Shown here piece after piece: positions 1-12,200 of a stretch of DNA of 64,000 nucleotides. Below the pieces are notes generated by a model, which saw only the letters and a program-made list of their open reading frames with translations, did not search any database and was not told the DNA's origin. The DNA comes from Auanema rhodensis (Eukaryota; Animalia; Nematoda). The translations under genes were made by a program, and so were the position numbers. The stretch is from contig OZ059900.1 of NCBI GenBank assembly GCA_964057225.1, positions 22,382,001 to 22,446,000 on the forward strand, read 5' to 3'. Each line of letters starts with the position of its first letter. The first letter of the stretch is position 1.

Positions 1-342
1 CACTAGAAAAATACAAAAACACAGTATTTCCCATGAGAAATATTTTATTATGCTGGAAAACCAGTTTTTGGAAATTTCGCTGTAAACAAGGTTTTGACTT
101 ACGATTTCATGTGTTCAAACTCATGCAATGTCAATGAAACCTAGCTCAAAATTGTTCCTATAACGTCTAGTTCCACTTTCACGACAAAAAAACGGGGGTT
201 AGAAAATTAAGGAAATTAGCATATTCTGAGGGCACGCCCCTTATGGCTAATATTGATTAAATCGATTTTTGTTCATATGAGTCGTCAAATGCAACGAATT
301 TCAGCGTGTTACATACTAAAATGAAGCATTTTACATGCTGAA
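1..342 (+). repeat. Representative 342-bp monomer (phase arbitrary)
   Basis: 116/342 G+C by hand count; many A/T tracts; single ClaI (ATCGAT, 261-266) and NdeI (CATATG, 274-279) sites seen per monomer. Confidence 0.98.
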
Positions 343-3300
343 CACTAGAAAAATACAAAAACACAGTATTTCTCATGAGAAATATTTTATTATGCTGGAA
401 AACCAGTTTTTGGAAATTTCGCTGTAAACAAGGTTTTGACTTACGATTTCATGTGTTCAAACTCATGCAATGTCAATGAAACCTAGCTCATAATTGTTCC
501 TACAACGTCTAGTTCCACTTTCACGACAAAAAAACAGGGGTTAGAAAATTAAGGAAATTAGCATATTCTGAGGGCACGCCTCTTATGGCTAATATTGATT
601 AAATCGATTTTTGTTCATATGAGTAGTCAAATGCAACGAATTTCAGCGTGTTACATACTAAAATGAAGCATTTTACATGCTGAACACTAGAAAAATACAA
701 AAACACAGTATTTCCCATGAGAAATATTTTATTATGCTGGAAAACCAGTTTTTGGAAATTTCGCTGTAAACAAGGTTTTGACTTACGATTTCATGTGTTC
801 AAACTCATGCAATGTCAATGAAACCTAGCTCAAAATTGTTCGTACAACGTCTTGTTCCACTTTCACGACAAAAAAACAGGGGTTAGAAAATTAAGGAAAT
901 TAGCATATTCTGAGGGCACGCCCCTTATGGCTAATATTGATTAAATCGATTTTTGTTCATATGAGTCGTGAAATGCAACGAATTTCAGCGTGTTACATAC
1001 TAAAATGAAGCATTTTACATGCTGAACACTAGAAAAATACAAAAACACAGTATTTCCCATGAGAAATATTTTATTATGCTGGAAAACCAGTTTTTGGAAA
1101 TTTCGCTGTAAACAAGGTTTTGACTTACGATTTCATGTGTTCAAACTCATGCAATGTCAATGAAACCTAGCTCAAAATTGTTCGTACAACGTCTAGTTCC
1201 ACTTTCACGACAAAAAAACAGGGGTTAGAAAATTAAGGAAATTAGCATATTCTGAGGGCACGCCTCTTATGGCTAATATTGATTAAATCGATTTTTGTTC
1301 ATATGAGTAGTCAAATGCAACGAATTTCAGCGTGTTACATACTAAAATGAAGCATTTTACATGCTGAACACTAGAAAAATACAAAAACACAGTATTTCCC
1401 ATGAGAAATATTTTATTATGCTGGAAAACCAGTTTTTGGAAATTTCGCTGTAAACAAGGTTTTGACTTACGATTTCATGTGTTCAAACTCATGCAATGTC
1501 AATGAAACCTAGCTCAAAATTGTTCGTACAACGTCTTGTTCCACTTTCACGACAAAAAAACAGGGGTTAGAAAATTAAGGAAATTAGCATATTCTGAGGG
1601 CACGCCCCTTATGGCTAATATTGATTAAATCGATTTTTGTTCATATGAGTCGTGAAATGCAACGAATTTCAGCGTGTTACATACTAAAATGAAGCATTTT
1701 ACATGCTGAACACTAGAAAAATACAAAAACACAGTATTTCCCATGAGAAATATTTTATTATGCTGGAAAACCAGTTTTTGGAAATTTCGCTGTAAACAAG
1801 GTTTTGACTTACGATTTCATGTGTTCAAACTCATGCAATGTCAATGAAACCTAGCTCATAATTGTTCCTACAACGTCTAGTTCCACTTTCACGACAAAAA
1901 AACAGGGGTTAGAAAATTAAGGAAATTAGCATATTCTGAGGGCACGCCTCTTATGGCTAATATTGATTAAATCGATTTTTGTTCATATGAGTAGTCAAAT
2001 GCAACGAATTTCAGCGTGTTACATACTAAAATGAAGCATTTTACATGCTGAACACTAGAAAAATACAAAAACACAGTATTTCCCATGAGAAATATTTTAT
2101 TATGCTGGAAAACCAGTTTTTGGAAATTTCGCTGTAAACAAGGTTTTGACTTACGATTTCATGTGTTCAAACTCATGCAATGTCAATGAAACCTAGCTCA
2201 AAATTGTTCGTACAACGTCTTGTTCCACTTTCACGACAAAAAAACAGGGGTTAGAAAATTAAGGAAATTAGCATATTCTGAGGGCACGCCCCTTATGGCT
2301 AATATTGATTAAATCGATTTTTGTTCATATGAGTCGTGAAATGCAACGAATTTCAGCGTGTTACATACTAAAATGAAGCATTTTACATGCTGAACACTAG
2401 AAAAATACAAAAACACAGTATTTCCCATGAGAAATATTTTATTATGCTGGAAAACCAGTTTTTGGAAATTTCGCTGTAAACAAGGTTTTGACTTACGATT
2501 TCATGTGTTCAAACTCATGCAATGTCAATGAAACCTAGCTCAAAATTGTTCGTACAACGTCTAGTTCCACTTTCACGACAAAAAAACAGGGGTTAGAAAA
2601 TTAAGGAAGTTAGCATATTCTGAGGGCACGCCTCTTATGGCTAATATTGATTAAATCGATTTTTGTTCATATGAGTCGTCAAATGCAACGAATTTCAGCG
2701 TGTTACATACTAAAATGAAGCATTTTACATGCTGAACACTAGAAAAATACAAAAACACAGTATTTCCCATGAGAAATATTTTATTATGCTGGAAAACCAG
2801 TTTTTGGAAATTTCGCTGTAAACAAGGTTTTGACTTACGATTTCATGTGTTCAAACTCATGCAATGTCAATGAAACCTAGCTCAAAATTGTTCGTACAAC
2901 GTCTAGTTCCACTTTCACGACAAAAAAACAGGGGTTTGAAAATTAAGGAAATTAGCATATTCTGAGGGCACGCCCCTTATGGCTAATATTGATTAAATCG
3001 ATTTTTGTTCATATGAGTCGTCAAATGCAACGAATTTCAGCGTGTTACACACTAAAATGAAGCATTTCACATGCTGAACACTAGAAAAATACAAAAACAC
3101 AGTATTTCCCATGAGAAATATTTTATTATGCTGGAAAACCAGTTTTTGGAAATTTCGCTGTAAACAAGGTTTTGACTTACGATTTCATGTGTTCAAACTC
3201 ATGCAATGTCAATGAAACCTAGCTCAAAATTGTTCCTATAACGTCTAGTTCCACTTTCACGACAAAAAAACGGGGGTTAGAAAATTAAGGAAATTAGCAT

Positions 3301-5472
3301 ATTCTGAGGGCACGCCCCTTATGGCTAATATTGATTAAATCGATTTTTGTTCATATGAGTCGTCAAATGCAACGAATTTCAGCGTGTTACATACTAAAAT
3401 GAAGCATTTTACATGCTGAACACTAGAAAAATACAAAAACACAGTATTTCTCATGAGAAATATTTTATTATGCTGGAAAACCAGTTTTTGGAAATTTCGC
3501 TGTAAACAAGGTTTTGACTTACGATTTCATGTGTTCAAACTCATGCAATGTCAATGAAACCTAGCTCATAATTGTTCCTACAACGTCTAGTTCCACTTTC
3601 ACGACAAAAAAACAGGGGTTAGAAAATTAAGGAAATTAGCATATTCTGAGGGCACGCCTCTTATGGCTAATATTGATTAAATCGATTTTTGTTCATATGA
3701 GTAGTCAAATGCAACGAATTTCAGCGTGTTACATACTAAAATGAAGCATTTTACATGCTGAACACTAGAAAAATACAAAAACACAGTATTTCCCATGAGA
3801 AATATTTTATTATGCTGGAAAACCAGTTTTTGGAAATTTCGCTGTAAACAAGGTTTTGACTTACGATTTCATGTGTTCAAACTCATGCAATGTCAATGAA
3901 ACCTAGCTCAAAATTGTTCGTACAACGTCTTGTTCCACTTTCACGACAAAAAAACAGGGGTTAGAAAATTAAGGAAATTAGCATATTCTGAGGGCACGCC
4001 CCTTATGGCTAATATTGATTAAATCGATTTTTGTTCATATGAGTCGTGAAATGCAACGAATTTCAGCGTGTTACATACTAAAATGAAGCATTTTACATGC
4101 TGAACACTAGAAAAATACAAAAACACAGTATTTCCCATGAGAAATATTTTATTATGCTGGAAAACCAGTTTTTGGAAATTTCGCTGTAAACAAGGTTTTG
4201 ACTTACGATTTCATGTGTTCAAACTCATGCAATGTCAATGAAACCTAGCTCAAAATTGTTCGTACAACGTCTAGTTCCACTTTCACGACAAAAAAACAGG
4301 GGTTAGAAAATTAAGGAAATTAGCATATTCTGAGGGCACGCCTCTTATGGCTAATATTGATTAAATCGATTTTTGTTCATATGAGTAGTCAAATGCAACG
4401 AATTTCAGCGTGTTACATACTAAAATGAAGCATTTTACATGCTGAACACTAGAAAAATACAAAAACACAGTATTTCCCATGAGAAATATTTTATTATGCT
4501 GGAAAACCAGTTTTTGGAAATTTCGCTGTAAACAAGGTTTTGACTTACGATTTCATGTGTTCAAACTCATGCAATGTCAATGAAACCTAGCTCAAAATTG
4601 TTCGTACAACGTCTTGTTCCACTTTCACGACAAAAAAACAGGGGTTAGAAAATTAAGGAAATTAGCATATTCTGAGGGCACGCCCCTTATGGCTAATATT
4701 GATTAAATCGATTTTTGTTCATATGAGTCGTGAAATGCAACGAATTTCAGCGTGTTACATACTAAAATGAAGCATTTTACATGCTGAACACTAGAAAAAT
4801 ACAAAAACACAGTATTTCCCATGAGAAATATTTTATTATGCTGGAAAACCAGTTTTTGGAAATTTCGCTGTAAACAAGGTTTTGACTTACGATTTCATGT
4901 GTTCAAACTCATGCAATGTCAATGAAACCTAGCTCAAAATTGTTCGTACAACGTCTAGTTCCACTTTCACGACAAAAAAACAGGGGTTAGAAAATTAAGG
5001 AAGTTAGCATATTCTGAGGGCACGCCTCTTATGGCTAATATTGATTAAATCGATTTTTGTTCATATGAGTCGTCAAATGCAACGAATTTCAGCGTGTTAC
5101 ATACTAAAATGAAGCATTTTACATGCTGAACACTAGAAAAATACAAAAACACAGTATTTCCCATGAGAAATATTTTATTATGCTGGAAAACCAGTTTTTG
5201 GAAATTTCGCTGTAAACAAGGTTTTGACTTACGATTTCATGTGTTCAAACTCATGCAATGTCAATGAAACCTAGCTCAAAATTGTTCGTACAACGTCTAG
5301 TTCCACTTTCACGACAAAAAAACAGGGGTTTGAAAATTAAGGAAATTAGCATATTCTGAGGGCACGCCCCTTATGGCTAATATTGATTAAATCGATTTTT
5401 GTTCATATGAGTCGTCAAATGCAACGAATTTCAGCGTGTTACACACTAAAATGAAGCATTTCACATGCTGAA
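1..5472. repeat. Related 9-mer (1-3078) and 7-mer (3079-5472) higher-order units
   Basis: Variant-typed monomer order is A-B-C-D-C-B'-C-E-F then A-B-C-D-C-E-F. Markers: A = CCTATAAC + AACGGGGG; B = TTTCTCATG + CTCATAATT; F = GGGGTTTG + TACACAC. Confidence 0.85.
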
Positions 5473-7182
5473 CACTAGAAAAATACAAAAACACAGTATT
5501 TCCCATGAGAAATATTTTATTATGCTGGAAAACCAGTTTTTGGAAATTTCGCTGTAAACAAGGTTTTGACTTACGATTTCATGTGTTCAAACTCATGCAA
5601 TGTCAATGAAACCTAGCTCAAAATTGTTCCTACAACGTCTAGTTCCACTTTCACGACAAAAAAACGGGGGTTAGAAAATTAAGGAAATTAGCATATTCTG
5701 AGGGCACGCCCCTTATGGCTAATATTGATTAAATCGATTTTTGTTCATATGAGTCGTCAAATGCAACGAATTTCAGCGTGTTACATACTAAAATGAAGCA
5801 TTTTACATGCTGAACACTAGAAAAATACAAAAACACAGTATTTCTCATGAGAAATATTTTATTATGCTGGAAAACCAGTTTTTGGAAATTTCGCTGTAAA
5901 CAAGGTTTTGACTTACGATTTCATGTGTTCAAACTCATGCAATGTCAATGAAACCTAGCTCAAAATTGTTTGTACAACGTCTAGTTCCACTTTCACGACA
6001 AAAAAACAGGGGTTAGAAAATTAAGGAAATTAGCATATTCTGAGGGCACGCCCCTTATGGCTAATATTGATTAAATCGATTTTTGTTCATATGAGTCGTC
6101 AAATGCAACGAATTTCAGCGTGTTACATACTAAAATGAAGCATTTCACATGCTGAACACTAGAAAAATACAAAAACACAGTATTTCCCATGAGAAATATT
6201 TTATTATGCTGGAAAACCAGTTTTTGGAAATTTCGCTGTAAACAAGTTTTTGACTTACGATTTCATGTGTTCAAACTCATGCAATGTCAATGAAACCTAG
6301 CTCATAATTGTTCCTACAACGTCTAGTTCCACTTTCACGACAAAAAAACAGGGGTTAGAAAATTAAGGAAATTAGCATATTCTGAGGGCACGCCTCTTAT
6401 GGCTAATATTGATTAAATCGATTTTTGTTCATATGAGTAGTCAAATGCAACGAATTTCAGCGTGTTACATACTAAAATGAAGCATTTTACATGCTGAACA
6501 CTAGAAAAATACAAAAACACAGTATTTCCCATGAGAAATATTTTATTATGCTGGAAAACCAGTTTTTGGAAATTTCGCTGTAAACAAGGTTTTGACTTAC
6601 GATTTCATGTGTTCAAACTCATGCAATGTCAATGAAACCTAGCTCAAAATTGTTCGTACAACGTCTAGTTCCACTTTCACGACAAAAAAACAGGGGTTAG
6701 AAAATTAAGGAAATTAGCATATTCTGAGGGCACGCCCCTTATGGCTAATATTGATTAAATCGATTTTTGTTCATATGAGTCGTGAAATGCAACGAATTTC
6801 AGCGTGTTACATACTAAAATGAAGCATTTTACATGCTGAACACTAGAAAAATACAAAAACACAGTATTTCCCATGAGAAATACTTTATTATGCTGGAAAA
6901 CCAGTTTTTGGAAATTTCGCTGTAAACAAGGTTTTGACTTACGATTTCATGTGTTCAAACTCATGCAATGTCAATGAAACCTAGCTCAAAATTGTTCGTA
7001 CAACGTCTAGTTCCACTTTCACGACAAAAAAACAGGGGTTAGAAAATTAAGGAAGTTAGCATATTCTGAGGGCACGCCTCTTATGGCTAATATTGATTAA
7101 ATCGATTTTTGTTCATATGAGTCGTCAAATGCAACGAATTTCAGCGTGTTACATACTAAAATGAAGCATTTTACATGCTGAA

Positions 7183-9234
7183 CACTAGAAAAATACAAAA
7201 ACACAGTATTTCCCATGAGAAATATTTTATTATGCTGGAAAACCAGTTTTTGGAAATTTCGCTGTAAACAAGGTTTTGACTTACGATTTCATGTGTTCAA
7301 ACTCATGCAATGTCAATGAAACCTAGCTCAAAATTGTTCGTACAACGTCTAGTTCCACTTTCACGACAAAAAAACAGGGGTTTGAAAATTAAGGAAATTA
7401 GCATATTCTGAGGGCACGCCCCTTATGGCTAATATTGATTAAATCGATTTTTGTTCATATGAGTAGTCAAATGCAACGAATTTCAGCGTGTTACATACTA
7501 AAATGAAGCATTTTACATGCTGAACACTAGAAAAATACAAAAACACAGTATTTCCCATGAGAAATATTTTATTATGCTGGAAAACCAGTTTTTGGAAATT
7601 TCGCTGTAAACAAGGTTTTGACTTACGATTTCATGTGTTCAAACTCATGCAATGTCAATGAAACCTAGCTCAAAATTGTTCGTACAACGTCTAGTTCCAC
7701 TTTCACGACAAAAAAACAGGGGTTAGAAAATTAAGGAAATTAGCATATTCTGAGGGCACGCCCCTTATGGCTAATATTGATTAAATCGATTTTTGTTCAT
7801 ATGAGTCGTGAAATGCAACGAATTTCAGCGTGTTACATACTAAAATGAAGCATTTTACATGCTGAACACTAGAAAAATACAAAAACACAGTATTTCCCAT
7901 GAGAAATATTTTATTATGCTGGAAAACCAGTTTTTGGAAATTTCGCTGTAAACAAGGTTTTGACTTACGATTTCATGTGTTCAAACTCATGCAATGTCAA
8001 TGAAACCTAGCTCAAAATTGTTCGTACAACGTCTAGTTCCACTTTCACGACAAAAAAACAGGGGTTTGAAAATTAAGGAAATTAGCATATTCTGAGGGCA
8101 CGCCCCTTATGGCTAATATTGATTAAATCGATTTTTGTTCATATGAGTAGTCAAATGCAACGAATTTCAGCGTGTTACATACTAAAATGAAGCATTTTAC
8201 ATGCTGAACACTAGAAAAATACAAAAACACAGTATTTCCCATGAGAAATATTTTATTATGCTGGAAAACCAGTTTTTGGAAATTTCGCTGTAAACAAGGT
8301 TTTGACTTACGATTTCATGTGTTCAAACTCATGCAATGTCAATGAAACCTAGCTCAAAATTGTTCGTACAACGTCTAGTTCCACTTTCACGACAAAAAAA
8401 CAGGGGTTAGAAAATTAAGGAAATTAGCATATTCTGAGGGCACGCCCCTTATGGCTAATATTGATTAAATCGATTTTTGTTCATATGAGTCGTGAAATGC
8501 AACGAATTTCAGCGTGTTACATACTAAAATGAAGCATTTTACATGCTGAACACTAGAAAAATACAAAAACACAGTATTTCCCATGAGAAATATTTTATTA
8601 TGCTGGAAAACCAGTTTTTGGAAATTTCGCTGTAAACAAGGTTTTGACTTACGATTTCATGTGTTCAAACTCATGCAATGTCAATGAAACCTAGCTCAAA
8701 ATTGTTCGTACAACGTCTAGTTCCACTTTCACGACAAAAAAACAGGGGTTTGAAAATTAAGGAAATTAGCATATTCTGAGGGCACGCCCCTTATGGCTAA
8801 TATTGATTAAATCGATTTTTGTTCATATGAGTAGTCAAATGCAACGAATTTCAGCGTGTTACATACTAAAATGAAGCATTTTACATGCTGAACACTAGAA
8901 AAATACAAAAACACAGTATTTCCCATGAGAAATATTTTATTATGCTGGAAAACCAGTTTTTGGAAATTTCGCTGTAAACAAGGTTTTGACTTACGATTTC
9001 ATGTGTTCAAACTCATGCAATGTCAATGAAACCTAGCTCAAAATTGTTCGTACAACGTCTAGTTCCACTTTCACGACAAAAAAACAGGGGTTAGAAAATT
9101 AAGGAAATTAGCATATTCTGAGGGCACGCCCCTTATGGCTAATATTGATTAAATCGATTTTTGTTCATATGAGTCGTGAAATGCAACGAATTTCAGCGTG
9201 TTACATACTAAAATGAAGCATTTTACATGCTGAA
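7183..9234. repeat. 684-bp dimeric unit x3
   Basis: Monomers with GGGGTTTG/GAGTAG (7183, 7867, 8551) alternate with monomers carrying GTCGTGAA (7525, 8209, 8893). Confidence 0.88.
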
Positions 9235-12200
9235 CACTAGAAAAATACAAAAACACAGTATTTCCCATGAGAAATATTTTATTATGCTGGAAAACCAGTT
9301 TTTGGAAATTTCGCTGTAAACAAGGTTTTGACTTACGATTTCATGTGTTCAAACTCATGCAATGTCAATGAAACCTAGCTCAAAATTGTTCGTACAACGT
9401 CTAGTTCCACTTTCACGACAAAAAAACAGGGGTTAGAAAATTAAGGAAGTTAGCATATTCTGAGGGCACGCCTCTTATGGCTAATATTGATTAAATCGAT
9501 TTTTGTTCATATGAGTCGTCAAATGCAACGAATTTCAGCGTGTTACATACTAAAATGAAGCATTTTACATGCTGAACACTAGAAAAATACAAAAACACAG
9601 TATTTCCCATGAGAAATATTTTATTATGCTGGAAAACCAGTTTTTGGAAAGTTCGCTGTAAACAAGGTTTTGACTTACGATTTCATGTGTTCAAACTCAT
9701 GCAATGTCAATGAAACCTAGCTCAAAATTGTTCCTACAACGTCTAGTTCCACTTTCACGACAAAAAAACAGGGGTTAGAAAATTAAGGAAATTAGCATAT
9801 TCTGAGGGCACGCCCCTTATGGCTAATATTGATTAAATCGATTTTTGTTCATATGAGTCGTCAAATGCAACGAATTTCAGCGTGTTACATACTAAAATGA
9901 AGCATTTTACATGCTTAACACTAGAAAAATACAAAAACACAGTATTTCCCATGAGAAATATTTTATTATGCTGGAAAACCAGTTTTTGGAAATTTCGCTG
10001 TAAACAAGGTTTTGACTTACGATTTCATGTGTTCAAACTCATGCAATGTCAATGAAACCTAGCTCAAAATTGTTCCTACAACGTCTAGTTCCACTTTCAC
10101 GACAAAAAAACAGGGGTTAGAAAATTAAGGAAATTAGCATATTCTGAGGGCACGCCCCTTATGGCTAATATTGATTAAATCGATTTTTGTTCATATGAGT
10201 CGTCAAATGCAACGAATTTCAGCGTGTTACATACTAAAATGAAGCATTTTACATGCTTAACACTAGAAAAATACAAAAACACAGTATTTCCCATGAGAAA
10301 TATTTTATTATGCTGGAAAACCAGTTTTTGGAAATTTCGCTGTAAACAAGGTTTTGACTTACGATTTCATGTGTTCAAACTCATGCAATGTCAATGAAAC
10401 CTAGCTCAAAATTGTTCGTACAACGTCTAGTTCCACTTTCACGACAAAAAAACAGGGGTTTGAAAATTAAGGAAATTAGCATATTCTGAGGGCACGCCCC
10501 TTATGGCTAATATTGATTAAATCGATTTTTGTTCATATGAGTAGTCAAATGCAACGAATTTCAGCGTGTTACATACTAAAATGAAGCATTTTACATGCTG
10601 AACACTAGAAAAATACAAAAACACAGTATTTCCCATGAGAAATATTTTATTATGCTGGAAAACCAGTTTTTGGAAATTTCGCTGTAAACAAGGTTTTGAC
10701 TTACGATTTCATGTGTTCAAACTCATGCAATGTCAATGAAACCTAGCTCAAAATTGTTCGTACAACGTCTAGTTCCACTTTCACGACAAAAAAACAGGGG
10801 TTAGAAAATTAAGGAAGTTAGCATATTCTGAGGGCACGCCTCTTATGGCTAATATTGATTAAATCGATTTTTGTTCATATGAGTCGTCAAATGCAACGAA
10901 TTTCAGCGTGTTACATACTAAAATGAAGCATTTTACATGCTGAACACTAGAAAAATACAAAAACACAGTATTTCCCATGAGAAATATTTTATTATGCTGG
11001 AAAACCAGTTTTTGGAAATTTCGCTGTAAACAAGGTTTTGACTTACGATTTCATGTGTTCAAACTCATGCAATGTCAATGAAACCTAGCTCAAAATTGTT
11101 CGTACAACGTCTAGTTCCACTTTCACGACAAAAAAACAGGGGTTAGAAAATTAAGGAAATTAGCATATTCTGAGGGCACGCCCCTTATGGCTAATATTGA
11201 TTAAATCGATTTTTGTTCATATGAGTCGTGAAATGCAACGAATTTCAGCGTGTTACATACTAAAATGAAGCATTTTACATGCTGAACACTAGAAAAATAC
11301 AAAAACACAGTATTTCCCATGAGAAATATTTTATTATGCTGGAAAACCAGTTTTTGGAAATTTCGCTGTAAACAAGGTTTTGACTTACGATTTCATGTGT
11401 TCAAACTCATGCAATGTCAATGAAACCTAGCTCAAAATTGTTCGTACAACGTCTAGTTCCACTTTCACGACAAAAAAACAGGGGTTAGAAAATTAAGGAA
11501 GTTAGCATATTCTGAGGGCACGCCTCTTATGGCTAATATTGATTAAATCGATTTTTGTTCATATGAGTCGTCAAATGCAACGAATTTCAGCGTGTTACAT
11601 ACTAAAATGAAGCATTTTACATGCTGAACACTAGAAAAATACAAAAACACAGTATTTCCCATGAGAAATATTTTATTATGCTGGAAAACCAGTTTTTGGA
11701 AAGTTCGCTGTAAACAAGGTTTTGACTTACGATTTCATGTGTTCAAACTCATGCAATGTCAATGAAACCTAGCTCAAAATTGTTCCTACAACGTCTAGTT
11801 CCACTTTCACGACAAAAAAACAGGGGTTAGAAAATTAAGGAAATTAGCATATTCTGAGGGCACGCCCCTTATGGCTAATATTGATTAAATCGATTTTTGT
11901 TCATATGAGTCGTCAAATGCAACGAATTTCAGCGTGTTACATACTAAAATGAAGCATTTTACATGCTTAACACTAGAAAAATACAAAAACACAGTATTTC
12001 CCATGAGAAATATTTTATTATGCTGGAAAACCAGTTTTTGGAAATTTCGCTGTAAACAAGGTTTTGACTTACGATTTCATGTGTTCAAACTCATGCAATG
12101 TCAATGAAACCTAGCTCAAAATTGTTCCTACAACGTCTAGTTCCACTTTCACGACAAAAAAACAGGGGTTAGAAAATTAAGGAAATTAGCATATTCTGAG

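Noticed and set aside
33-137. Repeated small ORF, 34 aa (MRNILLCWKTSFWKFRCKQGFDLRFHVFKLMQCQ); monomer length is divisible by 3
   Set aside because: Length is expected by chance and there is no recognisable domain. All six frames contain stops in the monomer, so a repeat-protein gene is excluded.
195-212. Telomere-like GGGTTAG and variant TTAGG
   Set aside because: These are single isolated units, not tandem, and there are too few G-runs for a G-quadruplex.
1-342. Primate alpha-satellite dimer (2x171) or CENP-B box
   Set aside because: Only the length coincides. I see no alphoid consensus similarity and no TTCG-N4-A-N2-CGGG motif, including in the AACGGGGG variant.
1-342. 5S rRNA, tRNA, snRNA or spliced-leader tandem gene unit
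   Set aside because: No recognisable conserved RNA sequence, cloverleaf or Pol III A/B/C boxes. An Rfam/Infernal search would be the formal test.
1-342. Tandem MITE or transposon-derived unit
   Set aside because: The inverted repeats are short and internal; no terminal inverted repeats or target-site duplications delimit an element.
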